Source of the DNA: Strigamia acuminata
Taxonomy: Eukaryota
NCBI GenBank assembly: GCA_949358305.1
Contig: OX442314.1
Coordinates: 17,856,001-17,920,000 of the forward strand
Direction: 5' to 3'
Length of the DNA: 64,000 nt
Numbering within the stretch: the first letter of the stretch is position 1; the number at the start of each line of letters is the position of its first letter. Below the pieces are notes generated by a model that was not told the DNA's origin, ran no database searches, and saw nothing but the letters and a program-made list of their open reading frames with translations. Below are positions 1 through 15,000 of this stretch, piece by piece. A program made the translations under genes and the position numbers.

Positions 1-99
1 TCTTTTTCTCCGGAAGATGATGCCATGACCCTTGACCTTGTCAGTGCGGTCCGTGACCCTTGCGCGTTGCGAATCTCAAGCGGCTGTATGTGATCAGCC

Positions 100-3000
100 A
101 TGAGGTTGTCGTTCTTGTTGCATCACCTGCTTTTGCTCACCTGTTCGTGCGTGTATGTAGTGCTGCAGTTTGCTCATTCGTGCTATATTTTTCCTAAAGC
201 GGTCAAAGACCCGTGCGAAAACAAGGTTTGTCGGTTCGGTGCTCGATGTGTGCCCGCCATGGACGGACGAACGGCAGAGTGTACTTGCCCGGACAAATGC
301 CCCTCGTACGGCGATCACCGGGGCTCGTTGCCTGTTTGTGCCAGCGATGGCAAAGATTATCCAAACGTTTGCGAGTTGCGTAGAGCAGCGTGTCAAAACA
401 TGAAGGACATTGAAGAGCGATACCAAGGAAAATGCGGTAAGTCAAATATCTTTTATTTTTAATTTTTGATTTTTTGATTTTTTCCTTTCTTTTTGGATTT
501 GGGATTTGCAATTTAAAGCATGATGGGTTTAAATGGGAAAATTTGCATTTTAATTTGGTCAATTACTTTCGAATCGAAGATGCAAATGGGATTCTTTTTT
601 TATTATGGAATTTTTATATTTTAGGGGACACATTTTCATAAAAAAATTTAAATATTAATGTTGTTTAGCATTTAATTACAACTTAAATTTGTTTTCTCAG
701 AACACGGTGTAAAAATTATCATAATGTTTAGACTTATTTAAATTAAAAACACGTGGTTATGGCGGTATTAAGGTCTCTGCAAACATGAAATAATCTTTGG
801 AGATTGGGACTTAATTGAAATTCACTTATGGTAAGTAATTGAGCACTTTTCCTCCTAAATGGTCCGAGAAAAAAGCCTTTCTCCTCGGTTACCACAAACT
901 TTCTTTAAAATTAACGTCGGCGAATAGAGGTGATAAATGTGCCCAAACGAGCACATGGTCCAAATGTGATGATTAAAGAAGGAGCAAAGAACTAATTATA
1001 TTATAACCATTGAGTTCTTATAACATGATAGAAAAATTTCAGTGGTTTGGAAATAATATTTATATCCGTATAATTTTTTTTTCTTTTGAGCTACGTGGGA
1101 AGAAAAGTGTTGGGATAGAAAATTTCTTATATCCGGCTGGATGATGACAGATGCTGAACCATTTGAAAATGGGGCTGCCGTAACGCCTCTTTCCACTTGG
1201 TTCTTTTTTATCATCATCGCTTCAAACTTCTTTTCTGCTGCCTACATCTTTTGCTATATATTTTTTATTTATATCTATTTTCATTTTTTCTTTTTTTAGA
1301 AAAATGTTAAATGTGGCATAATTTTACTGCTCGTTAAAACCGTTTCTTTTATCTTTAATTTGGGATAATAAAGAAACTTACCATTAGACAATTCCTGGAA
1401 TATTTTCTCCTCTCTTGTGACAAGTTAAGTTGAACTAATAAAATTTATGATTTTCTGGCAATGTTATTAAATATTTAAATGAGGAAAAGCTAACCATTTA
1501 TTGTCAGGCGAATAAATTAATGAATTCCCAGGAAATGATACAAATAAAAAATTAATGATTATTTTAAAATTAACCTCTTCTTATTAAATTTACTTCTATT
1601 TTTAATGTATTCTGCCGGTTACAGCAGTTTATTTGGATAGTTGCGTGTGTTCAACTGTAACGATGAAACGTGGAGGTCAATTTAAGTAAATTAGCCAACA
1701 CTGTGTAATTAAAACGTTTCTCTATGATGAAAGTGAAGCTGGGAAGAGCAAATCAATTTTAGAGTTTGAAGACCTCCGTTCATTTGCAGTCTGCGATACG
1801 AGAGCAGTGGATTAATGCTTAATTTTTATCTTTGGGCCGGAAATTACATCACGGTTCGGTCAAAAAAAAAGCGAAGGAAATGAAGAAAATTCTTCCTTCC
1901 CTGGGCAACTTTTACTTGCTTCAATTCTGTAAAGAAACATAAAAGGAGAGGGAAAATAGCTCGTTTCATTTCACCCATTTAGGATATAATAGACTCGATT
2001 TCTGGTGGAAACTGGAAATAGGATGGGAAATTGATTTTTTTTCTACTTCTTCTTTCTGTTTTAGAATTTTATTTACTCAAGTTATTTTAATAAAAATTGA
2101 AAGTGAAAAAAAAAATTATTTGCTGTAATGCTACGGGCGTTGACATTTGTGGAAATAAGGGGAATGAGTTGCTGTTTCTTTTTTTACTTTTTGACACCTT
2201 TTTTTGCTTTGTCACCTTCCATCTTGGGTATGAGATGAGTTGCTATGACAACCGTCCCAAATGGAAGATGCGAAGTCAGTGAGCCAGTTGGAACTGTAGA
2301 GGTTTGTGTCACTGATGCTAAAAAAAATTTCTGAAATGAATGACGATAGGCAAGACGATCTTACCCACGTCGGAACAATCTTTTTAAATATAATCATAAC
2401 TGAAATTTATTTTAAATAGATAAGGTCATTTTGATTTATTTTGATAAAAGGCAGAAAATGGTTGAAATATGTAAAATGTGAAATATGTAAAAATGTAAAA
2501 TTTATTTGCCTAGTATAATTTTAATTTTGCTTCATAATTACTAGCATAATTTGTAATTTATTGCAAATGCTCTAATAGAACGCGGGATGGCCATTCGAAC
2601 CGTATCCTAAAGGGTATAAATTGAATAAACGACTAAATTCAATATCTAAATGGAACAAAGCGACTAAATTCAATATCTAAATTGAACAAAACGAATAAAA
2701 TAAATGTCTAAATTGGTCAAGAACATTATAAAAAAAATTGGGGGGGGGATTTAGGTTTTGACAATAAAACATCGGCGTTCTATTTACAGTAAATTATTGT
2801 ATACATATATAATTATAAAATTAAAATTAAACATGAGAAAATTATTATTAATAATTTATATAATTTATATAATTTTTAGTATTCTGCTCCTTCATGTTTT
2901 GTGTACACATGGGCTTTTATGAACGTGCACAGGGAGTCAGAGGTTTGCTTTATGCTCGCGAATTATGTTCATGTTTTATTCAGTACAAAACAGTTTCAGC

Positions 3001-6000
3001 TTCTACATTTAGTCAGGTTTTGAATTGAGATGGAAGGAATTTTTTTTTTTTTGAAATTTAATTTAAAAATTCTCATTTTCTTTGTAAAATGTAAAACGCC
3101 AAACAAATTATCTTTTGCCTGTGCTTTCAAACATTGAATCATAGTTGTCATGGGATTTATGCACTTCAAAAATGCGTGTAATTTTTTTTAAATGTAAATT
3201 CCAGGTAATCTTTTGACTTTTACCTATTTCCATTAATGTGAGTAAACATGTTTTCAAGTTAAAAGCTCTGTGGCAAGTTTGCAGTCATGCTGCTGAATTA
3301 TTCCATTTGATGGGCAACATTTCCAGAAAAAAGTTCTGCTGACCAATGCTCAACAGAACTTTTTTTCTCCATCTCCTTGGCAGGAAAGCTTGATTTAATA
3401 AAATCAGGCGGTGCTTTTACTTCGACGGAAAAAAATCCCGTTTTTCTTTTTTTTACGCCAGAAATGACCGAAACGGTTCCATTAGTTGGACGAAAAAGAA
3501 CGAAATTAATAAATTATCAGTTGTTTTCAAGAAGGGCATTTTCTATTAATTAGTGAACCCTCGTTTGCAGCATTTGTAGTAATCCTAATCTTGATGAAAG
3601 TGTCCATTGATCATCCCCCGAACCCGCCCTTTTTCCGACCTCATGTGTCACCGTGCTAATTGTGTTAGTGTCCACCATGCGTTTCCTCCTTCTTTTCTTC
3701 TTTCCACACTCGCCCCTTGTTATCGAGGGAAAACCACAAAAGATCGACCAGGTGGAAATTACGCCTTTGGTCAACTGCTTCTAATACCAGTGCCAGCAAA
3801 AGCAGCTGCAATATTAAATTGAAAGCGTGTTTATTTTCATGGTGAAAATGTTAGTTCATCTAATACGTATTGTATTTTACGCTCTCTTGGTTAAATATTA
3901 CTAAATATGGAAAATTATTACTTTAGGGGGAAAAGACGGCAAAGTAATCAAGTTTGCTATTTATAGAGAAGCGCTTGGATCAACGTAAACTCAATTAAGA
4001 ATTCTTTTTCTCCTTTTTTTTTACCCTGTTCTCGTCTGAAAACAAGGTTTGAATGTGAAAAAGGCGGCATGTTATTGGTTCAATTTCACCATGATCTCGT
4101 TTCTGTGGGTTCCCTAGTACCGATACTCAATCTTAATCTACAATTGCACGTGGCAAGCGCAGGGCGACCAGTGATAAACAGTTGATCTGATAATATCATG
4201 ATATGTTGCTTAAATTCTCCTGTGGAAGCTGAGCAAATATTGCAGTGCTGGGTTGGGTTTTTTATTGATAACATGGGACTAGGGATTTTTTTTCTTCTTC
4301 TGAATGTAGCCAGTTTATCAGTGACGCTGTGTGTTTCTTTGATGAGTGGTTTTAAGAGCCTGAAATGACGACAGACGCGACTCGGTTGAAATTATAACCC
4401 CCACATTGTCGTTTCTCATCGTCTTTAGACCGTGGTAGAACGGCTTAAATGTGACATGGAGCTACAAATCGTACTTCTTATCATCGTTGTGTTGGTGTAC
4501 ATTTGTGTAGAGTAGAAATTATCTAGAAACTCATGCGGATAATTAGTCGAGATGTGTATTAATTAATAAACGATTGTTTACGAGGCCAATTTTAGCCGGC
4601 GCAAACTACAAAAACATCGCGTTCATTTTCTCTATTCAAATTGCTCATGTAAACAGCGGAAGAAATCGAATTTGGAGCGTGCAATTCAGTCGAGTTAGGG
4701 TTGAAGAAAACGCCAATCGAAGAACTATTTCTTTGAGATTCATCGTTTTATTCGCTTCTCTGACTAAATAGAAAGCAGGGATAATGGCAGACGAAGAACT
4801 TTTTCTTTTTTTTTTATTGTTGATTGCTGTTCGCTGAAAAATGCAGAAATAATGCGAGTATTAGTACACTGATGTGAAAACAATTTTACAACTTCAATCA
4901 GAACGGTTCAACGACCTCCCTTTTGACTGTGAGACCTCTATTTGGACTCCCATCTCTTCATTGGCATACTGCCCGCTGTTGGCTTGTCGTAGGGGTTTTC
5001 CGGGCCCATGAATCATCAAAAACTCATACGATGAAATTATTGTCAGAATCAATCAAGAAATAAACTTTAAAAAATTGTGTAGGTAATTATTTATCATCTG
5101 AAATAGAACATCTGTTTTAAGTGAAGGGATTACAATGTTGTATTTATTATTCAAATGATTGATAATAGTCTTTATTATACGAGAAATGAAATGTCTGGCT
5201 TATTCATTCAGAGTTGAATGAAAAATTTGTTTTGCAGCATTCTGGCTTTTCTTGCGTTTGATCAATAAACTTTTTTTTTTTTTTTTTTATTTTATTTCTT
5301 ACTTCTACTGCGAGAATCTCTTGATAGTCAGGCTGTGGTTGCTAGGGTGCACTGATGCTTCCAAACCCCAATTCAATCAAGTTAGGTCCCAGGTAAGAAT
5401 TCTTTTGGGGCTGAAATCTTCCTCCTTGCTTATCTGTTTATCACTTGGGTTTTCGGTAAGATAAAATAAGCCGCTCCTCGGTTTAATTTTCTATTTGTTT
5501 TTGAAACGAAAAGGAAATTGTTATGTGCAATAAAAGTGAAGGAATATGTAATGGCATCAACAGCGAAAAATAAAGTACGCAGTTCTCGAGCGCTGATAAT
5601 TGTAATGAATGTTTTAAAAGCGTACAGGATGCCAGTTCACACGTACAAATCTCTAAAGACCGACTTTGGATTTAATCTGAATTTAGTGAATGGTCGAGTT
5701 TGCATATTAAATGCCAGCTTACGATCAATAATTGTGTGTGTTTGAGCATTTAGCTGAATTAACCAAGAGGAAAAGGCTTAGGCTGATTCGGAAGTTAAAT
5801 ATTTACCACATTGTACGAATTTGCCGCCGGAGATTGAGCATCAAAGGAAGCTATATACATGAAATTTGCTTGATGTCATAACTGAGACTCCTTGGTAATG
5901 AAATTTCACTCTTATCAGCTTGAAGCAGACGACAACTTTAAAGGTGATTTCACAAATCGCCGAAGGACTCTTCTTGTCTCACGTTTGTGCAGCGACTGGA

Positions 6001-9000
6001 GACGTGGAAACGTATTTATGTCTTGGAGAGTGATTCTGTATCTTTCCAGTTATCGATTGTTTACTGTCTCACATTTTCACTTTTAGCAGAGTGGTTGTTT
6101 CGAGCCCAAGTCAATAATACACTGTTTCCAGGCTTTCTACATAACCCTCTTGTCAATCACTGTATAGAAGTAATTTAAGGCTTTCGTTGAGCTTTAGAAC
6201 TATTGTAAACAAGACATGAGACCAATCTTCGTGAAGAGAAAATCTCATTGCATGTGATGGCATGAGAAAATTTTATTGCTGCTCTGTTTTGTCTGTATCA
6301 AGTTATATAGGCAGTCTTTTGTTGGTGTTTGCTGTGTGAGATTGTGCGTGTCCTTATTATAGGGCAAAAATGCAAATGGAATTGTGATGGCCTCAAAGGC
6401 GAAGTGGCAACTTGAGGTAGTGTGCGATGATTTTCAAGGAGTTTATATTATTTATAAACATGACCCTTTGGGCGTTAATAAAAGCTTTAATCAAGCCGTG
6501 AAATGTAAATGCATTCTCTTACCATTTTTTGGAAAATAATGTAAGTTTTCTATGATGTAAAAACAAGATTTCTTTTTCAAGATTAAATTAAACCTGACGG
6601 TATTGTTTATGTTGTAATTATTTGGTTCAGAAAATGAAATTCTATCTGGCAAGAAAGAGGATATTGTATTAGATTTTCTTTAGGCGTATTTCCAAGAAAA
6701 TGATTGGGAACAAAAGAAAAGCAAGATTGTTTAGAATTTCTGAAATTTATGCTGAGTTTTTTCAAATAATTACAGGCCTACGTGAAGGAATAATACGAAA
6801 ACTTAAGTTTGATTAAACTGTTAATGCTGTAGTCATTTTTTCTCGACGGTTATTGGAGTATACGCCGTTACAAAGAAAGATTGATCGGCTTCTCAGGGTT
6901 AATGTTAAAAAAATTGAAAAATCAATATTTTGTCATTGACATAAATGAAAATTGTTGATTTTTTGAATTCTTAATGCTCTGGTGAACAAAATGCAAGAAT
7001 ATTGAGCAAATGTGCTAAAGTTTTCAGATTTTTGGGCCGATCAGTTGCATCTTTGTTGTTTTTTGTTTAATAGCCAATTTTATTGTTTTCATCATCGTAT
7101 GAATCTGGGGTACATTCTTTTTTGAGTGCATTTTGCTAGTTAAGTATGCAATAAAAACAGCGGTATTACAAATATGGATACCTTGTCATTTGAAGAACCT
7201 AGGCTTTTCTTCATGTTGTTTGTTTCCGTCTCTTTTAAGAAATAAAAAACTTCATTGCTTTGTTCTTGTACCTGCGTTTTACTATTGCTTTTGATTCTGC
7301 TCATTAATATTTGAGTATAGTACACTCAAAGTTGAATATTTCAGAAGGCTTTAGGCAGAAGTTGAAATTCCATTAACTTTCATTCATTATTAAGTTTATA
7401 AAATAGAAATATTGGACGAATAAATGAAAGCCAGTAAAATATTTTTTTTTCTTCCGTTATTATATTTTGTTACGAAATGTGGGGACGGAGTTTTGCACTT
7501 CATCTATCGATTTGAAGTTGGTGTTTCAAAGAAATTGTTTTTATCGTGTGAAAAAATAAATTTTTTTTATGGTATCTTATAATCCGAGCAGAAGAAAATT
7601 AATTTTTAGTTTGTACCAGCAGTCGAGTAGAAATTAATTTAGATTTGAAGAAATAAGTGGAAGCGAGTTTTTGAAGAAAATAAAAAAAAGAAAATAGAAA
7701 ATAGAAGTCATCTGTTTGAAATTAGAAATAAAATTCTTTGCATCGTGTGAATTTAATTTAAGCATTGGAGGGTAATGAAGCACAAGAATTTGTCTTATAA
7801 ATAAACACAATTACTTTCTCTCACATTGAGTCCAATTCCAATTGTGAAGTAATAAAAAATTTCACAAAATATACAATCTGCTTGAAATTAAGTTATTTCT
7901 GGCATCTGACTAACGTGTCGGAAGTTATGTGTTGACATACTGAGCAACTAAAATTGCATTTCCTTACAAAAAAAAGAGAGTTAATACGTTCGTCTCATTC
8001 CGAGCCGACTAGAAAAGCGCATTAGATTTCGTAAATCCATTTTCCAACTTGTTTTATGGAATCATTTCTCAGTAGGATGCTGCGTCGAGTGAAAAGCAGT
8101 GGCGCAAACCTTACGATCGCAACTTGAGAGAAAATTGTGCCTAGTAATATGAAGTTATTCATGCTGGTGCTGCCAACAAGACTTTTAATACTGGGTTATT
8201 ATTTTCATTGTAACCGCATAAGGAAGCATGTTTAAGTGATATGCTAATTTTTATTGCTTTTAATTCATATTTATATTGTGGGTTCAGGTAATCTATTTTC
8301 ATATTTTTTTAGCAATAAAAACGAGAAATAATGCATAAAAATCAATGTAGAAGATAATTTATTAACCAATTAGCTTGGCATCTTTGAGAATGTTTATTGA
8401 GTAAGGGAAAGAACGATCTGACGGCCATTGGACTTTCATGAGGGTTGAAAACCTCATCATTTTCAAGTTATATTAAAGGGTACTATACCGTTATATATAT
8501 AAATTTTTTTATTATCTAAAAGCAAAAATTGTTTTGGATTTTTTTTAAATGAATGGCTTTTACCGAAGTTGATACGGTAATTTATTTATAACGGGACAGT
8601 GAAAAATTTCTTGTTTTTAATTCAAAATTTATTGCTGCACTAAATTTTGTTTTTGTTCATTCTTAAATTAATGTTGCATGTCTCGAGTGTATTGATTGGA
8701 TTTTTTGTTCCGTCCAAAGGCCTTTAGATACGATATATATTGCCGGGATTTAAAATCCTGCGCCTTATTGAGCGAATATCTTAGAAACTGGCATATGCTG
8801 GTATACAAATTAGTCATTAGAAAGTAAGTAGGCGGTAAGATGCTTCTTCAGCTTCCTCATTTGCTCCCTAATCCCTATACATAAACTTAGGTTCACAAAC
8901 TCGTGATTGTTGAATCGCAACGGGCGCTGAGGTTGTCTTAGTTTTTCATAACAGAGCAGAGACGGGAAGATGGCTTTATTATAAAAAAAAAATAAGAAAA

Positions 9001-12000
9001 AGGAGTGAAACCACGAGGTCTATGAACCCATACAGAAAATATAATTTTTTGGAATGCAGGATGTGAAGAAGATAGACAACCTTTTCTGACATGATTCGTA
9101 ATTTTGTGTTTAGAATGCAATGAAATCAAATCAATCAACTCAATTTCTCCAATGAAAGCCGAGAATAAATGAAGACGTGTGGTTATTGGTTTCTGGAGTT
9201 TTGAGATAAAAGAAAGAAGGATGAGGTTCGAGTGTAATTAATTTTGAAAGAGGGAAGAAATTTTTTACGATACTTTGTCTGTATTAAATTATAAATGGAA
9301 AGAAATTTAAAAACTCGAAATGTCATTATGATTTTGGAAATGCAGATAGAGTACCGGTAGTCTGCATTAACGTAATACTCGTAGATATGTCTCGTGGATA
9401 CAGTGGGCAGTTGCAATAAGGTGGGTGTTGCTGAAGTGTAAGAGTATTGGAACTTTTTTTGTGTCTGCTTGAAAAAAATATTAGTTCCTTGTTATTAACA
9501 GTATCTGTCTTCTTGCTCATAACTTCTTAATGGACGGAACACGTGCTTCACCTTTTCTTTTTTAAAACCCTTTCTGTAGGGTCATTTCAAGTGATCTTAA
9601 TGCTGTCGTAAAGTAGGGGGTAAATGGTAGAATAGCTCTGCCCTGGTCAACCTCAAGTATGGACATCCAAAATGACGAAATGAGGATGGGGCACTTAGTA
9701 ACACGTGCAAGAAATGACCCGCTTGCCCGAAAACTGTACCATTAGCAAATAGTTCATGCTGAACTTTTTCATAATAAAATTAATGGACGGAAATTGTAAC
9801 GTGCTCTAAAAAAAATAATAAGGTAACGATAAAAAATATTTTTTTTTTCAATTTGGAAAATGGAAAGAAAAAATTAGATTTTGGTTCGATTTTTTTAAAG
9901 TGAAACTAAAGAATGAAATTTTTGAGATTGATTGATTTATAATAGAATGTTTTTTATTCGCAGATCCTTGTGAGGGTGTCGAATGTCCAGCCTTCCAGGT
10001 GTGCCAATTGGATGAGCAACGCAGCCCCGTCTGTAGATGCAATGGCATCTGCACGATGGAGTTTCGACCTGTATGTGGTTCGGATGGCAAAACATACAGT
10101 AATGAATGCATAATGAGGGTTGAAGCTTGCAAAGCCCGCAAGAATTTTCGTATTATCTACCGAGGAGAGTGCAGTTCAGGTAAGGAAATAAAGAATTAAT
10201 TCTAAATAGAAGAATGTAAATCGAATTCCGCATAACCAATTACGATGTATACGAAATGGACAAAAAGAGAATATTTTTTGAGTTTATTTTATGTTGGAAG
10301 CAAAAACTGTTTCTTATACCATGGTATTAATTTTATGAATATGTAAATATAAAAATGAAATACACATTTGAGGATAAATAGGTAATGACATATCATTTGC
10401 AGCCGTTTATGCAGATTTAAAAGCATCTGATTTGTAGTTTTCAACACTCGCGCATCTCGAGTTTATGCAGCAAAATAAGTACTCCGTATAATTTAGCGCA
10501 ATTAGCCGTAAATTTTTTTTACGTACATCTTGAGAAAATATGTATATTTAAATCTCAGTCATTTAAATATGTTTCATTTTCTTTATAAGTGGTAACACAA
10601 ATCTTCACATGGTAAAAAAGAATAAAAAGTAACTACTGTTGCTATAGAAACATGACTGGCGGTTCTTGCATTTAAATATACAGTATACAACTTGAGTTGA
10701 ACAGGCATTTCAAATTTCTTAATTAGAATTTTTTATTCGTTTAGAAATGAATGCAGAATGTTGAAATGATGTATAATTTGAAGCAATTTTTTTTAAAAGA
10801 AAAAAAAATCAATCTTTATAAAGCTATTCGCAGCTGCTTTGAGCTTTTTTATTTTATTTATTCAAGTTTTGTTGTTTTGTTTGTGCATGGTTAAAGCATC
10901 GTGTTTATTATTAAACACCGCACTAAGGATTTTCGAGGTTACAAGTTACACTTTATCATGGATTAAATTATGGTTGTGAAGCTGAAAAAGATCAGACACC
11001 AACATATTTCAAATTGCTAATTTGCCATCAAAAATTGCGTTTGAATTGATTTTGTGATTACGTTGGCGTTACAGTTTGCACACCCTACGGTCGTGCCTCT
11101 TGTTTTTTTTTTGCCATTTTCTTTTCATCAGCCATTTATTTGCAGAGATTTTTTTTCCCATTTCTTTTTTTTTTCTTTTTGCTTCGATTAATCCTGAACA
11201 CATTTCGACTTCAACTCTCACTCAGTTTGGGAGTAGAAGGAAGTAAGCACGGTTATTAGCAATGCAGTTGTTCTCCCCTTGGCAACGGCATTTGAGCAAT
11301 CAGTGGCCTCGCACGCACAACTTGACAGTCAACCCACTTCTTGCTTTTACTCCCATCTGCTCAAGTTCTCGCCCACTTTATTTTTTCCTCTTTTGCGCAC
11401 TGCCTTTTTTGCGGGAGATTTGTTGCCAATGCAAGATGACTGCATTAGATAGTCAACAAAAGAATAGCTCGACTGTGAAACTTCATAATTCCATTATTGT
11501 TATTTTTACTGTTTGTTTTCTCCTTTTTTTTTAACTGAAAGTCAGAAAGTGGAAGCACGATACGCTACAGTGGAATAAAGTTTTTACGAATGCATGTCGT
11601 ATTTGAAATGCAATAAGCTAATATGGTAATTGGAAAATTTGATCTCAGCTTTAAGAAAATGCAGTCATATCTCCATATTTTATTCTACATGCCCACTGAA
11701 CGCACGTGCTTTGAATCTCATTTGATATTTTAATGAATTGAATTTGGCAATTTTCGAAGATTGACAAATTGGTTATGAGTCGAAATTGTATTGCATCGAA
11801 ATTGCAAGTTGATGAAGGTTTTTAAAAAGTGAATTGAATTTCACGTTGAAATCGAGTATTCTCGTTACGTTCAAATACATTTTTGAACTGGCGATAGAAA
11901 TATTCAACAGCCTGATTCTCTTTGTTCTATCTATAAAGTCGAAGTCTATTGGGTATCCAATCTTCTTTGCTATCTTGACGTGACGTGTGTCTCGAGAAGA

Positions 12001-15000
12001 GTTTTGTTCTGTGACCTGTAGTCTGCAGACTCAAAGAATGTCAAATCTTTCAAGCTGCGAGTGAAAGATTTGTTAAGAAATGCAAATACACGCTCAAACA
12101 GGAAGTGACATTAGAATTTAAATGCTAAATACAGATTTAATGGTATATTATCATCTTTAAAAATAGCAGAAATAAATAAAATAAAAATAGCTTAATATTT
12201 GGAAATAAATTGTTAAATCCTTCCATATGTGACTTGACTGTAATCAACCTAATCAACGCAGACCGTTTGGCCAGCTGTCTGCACCTAACTCTGGCATCAA
12301 AAGCGCTTGTTACAAGATTTACAGTAATCCTCGCCAGATGCCGATGATGTGTACACAACTCAGCATGCTTGGTGAAGGCAATGAGCCCATTGGTGTTGGT
12401 GTACATACAACAACTTGTTTGACGTCTGCATCTGCAGATGATACTTTGTTACACATAGTTGGAACTTGCCATAAGCAGAGCACGTTTTCTAAAATGTAGA
12501 GCAGCTTAACTCGGCTTTAGGTTGCAACTTGGAAATGCCGTGGGGAGATAATTTGCAGGCTTATTTTTTTTGCGGTTTTCGAATAAAATGAAAGCAATTA
12601 TTTTGCAAACACATTTAATTTTATCGTGCACACAATCGATAACATCTTTTTCTTTGGTCGTAGGTGTGAATCCATGTGTCAGTCTCTCATGTCTTCCGGG
12701 ACAAGAATGTGAGATTGACAGATTTGGTATAGCTGCATGCGAATGTCCACCTGCCTGCGAAGCCGTCATGAAACCCGTATGCGGCAATGATGGTATCACT
12801 TACGACAATGAATGTGAAATGAAGAGGGCTTCGTGCATTCAAAAGAAGAACATTCACGTTTTCTATATGGGACCATGTGGTAAATATTTTTCAATTACAA
12901 TTTTCTCTTTATGGAAAACTGCGTAGGATTCTATGCAGTGCAGTGAAGCTATGAAAGCGGAGCTTTAAGAGAATAAAAATTAATAATTTAGTGTTATAAA
13001 AATGTCTTACTTGTTAGGAGTAGGCTTACTAATCTTATTACTTTTTATTTTTAATTTTTAATTGCAATATTAATGTTTTCTCATCAACATTTCATGTTTA
13101 TAAAGTAGAAACTATAATTTCAGCGGGACAAGAGGGTCCCTGCAACGGCTTCGAATGCAATTTCGGAGCCATGTGTGTTGTGAAGAGCGGTCAAGCCGTT
13201 TGTGAATGCCCAACCTGTTCAGCCGAGTTCAAACCTGTTTGTGGATCTGATGGAATTTCTTACAATAATGAATGCAAGTTAAAATTGGACGCCTGCGTAC
13301 AAAAGAAAGAAATTAAATTACTTTACCAGGGACTCTGTAGTAAGTAATTTCGATTTTTTTTTATTGGAGGGTTTTTTTTTATTGAAAGAGAAACCGTTTT
13401 TTTTTTTTTTTCTTTAAACAATTCTTCAGTTGTTTAGGCAATATTGACAAATATCGATTGGTTTAGTCTTATATTTATTTCAGAATGTTTTTCATTTTGT
13501 ATGTATTAAAAATTTATATTCGATCGCTCACAAAAATACATAAAGAAGCCTTGGAGTGTAAAAATAAAATAATACGGAGTATTTTTTTTCTTTTTTGTTT
13601 TAAGGGACGGTTTGATGTGAATAAATAAAAAAAAATTGATTCGTACCGTGTAACCGATCGACATCAATAATCCGTTTTCCATTCAGCTTGGTCTGTGCAA
13701 TTACCCGAAAGTTGGAAAGTTTCAACTTTACTTTATCAGACTAAAGTTGAATTTCCTGAATTTCCTTTGCATAATCCATTCCCTTAAAGAAATCTTCCTT
13801 TGGAGAAATTTAAGGAAACTTGCAATACTTCTGTATTTCAGAGGCTTGAATAACCACCGTTTCGTTACTTTGTAAACATTAATACATTTTTTAAAGAGAG
13901 CGTGTAATACCAAACCGTGTATTTAAAATTCAGCTTTAATACGAAATCGGATATAAGCCTGTCAACAGAATTTTGGGTTTAACAACAAATTGAAAACGGA
14001 CAAACGTTTTCTCGAAATTATTTTAGAAGAAGTTTTAAAGTCACATGCCGGGTATTTAAAACATGCTGCTTTAGCATTGTTATCTTATCGCACATCTTTA
14101 AGGTGGCGTATACGAAGCACAGGATTATGCTGAGCAACTTTTTCTTTTTCCTCCCAAGCTCCAACCTCGTAATTCGGACTTAAGGCAACGAGCATAGCTT
14201 TTGCACACAATAGCTCGGTGAGCTGCAACTCTCGACGCACAGGAAGAGAAGTTTTTTCCTTCTAAAGAGTTGTTGCTTGAAAGGGAATGCTCTAACAAAA
14301 GTTTTGAGTACTTTTGTATGTCATACCTTGAGCTAATCAAGATTCCCTCGGCTAACTTGGCACTCTTGAGTCCTGACTGCGGTGCGAAAAGTTGGCAATG
14401 TACCATTAATGGTAAAGATACGTGCATTGCACGTAATTACTTATTCTACGGAAGTGAACAAAAAGTCGGTTAGGTGCCCTTTTTGACAAAGGTTAAAAAG
14501 ATGTTTTGTTGAAGTTTTTGTTTGATAAACGTCGAAGGTGAAACATTAAATATTAAAATGTGTAATTATATGTTTTTGTGCTTTATAGATGGGTGTGAGA
14601 ATGTGCAGTGTGAATTTTATTCGGTGTGTGAAAGTGATGGAAAAGGTAGCGCTAAATGTGTTTGTCCTCAGTCTTGCGTGCAGGTAATGCTACATCATTT
14701 TTTTTCTTCTTTTTTTCTAAAGACTAAATTAAATTTTCTACAAACTTTCAAACTAGGTTGAGGCAAAAGTGTGTGGTTCTGATGGCATCAGTTACACAAA
14801 TGAATGCGAGCTGAAAGTAGCAGCTTGCAAGAAACAGCAATTGATTTTGGCAATTTCAAAGGGCGATTGTGGTGAGTATCGAATTTTGCTAGGGAAATTG
14901 TACGTAGAAATAGAAAGTCGATTTTATAGCATTCTTTAATGCATTAAATTAAGCTGGGGAATCGCATGAATTGGGAATTTGGAAACCACCGATTAAAGTA

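Noticed and set aside
5328..5392. Possible extra agrin exon ending at a strong CAG|GTAAGA donor
   Set aside because: Candidate lengths (61 or 65 nt) break the frame and the peptide has no agrin-like features.
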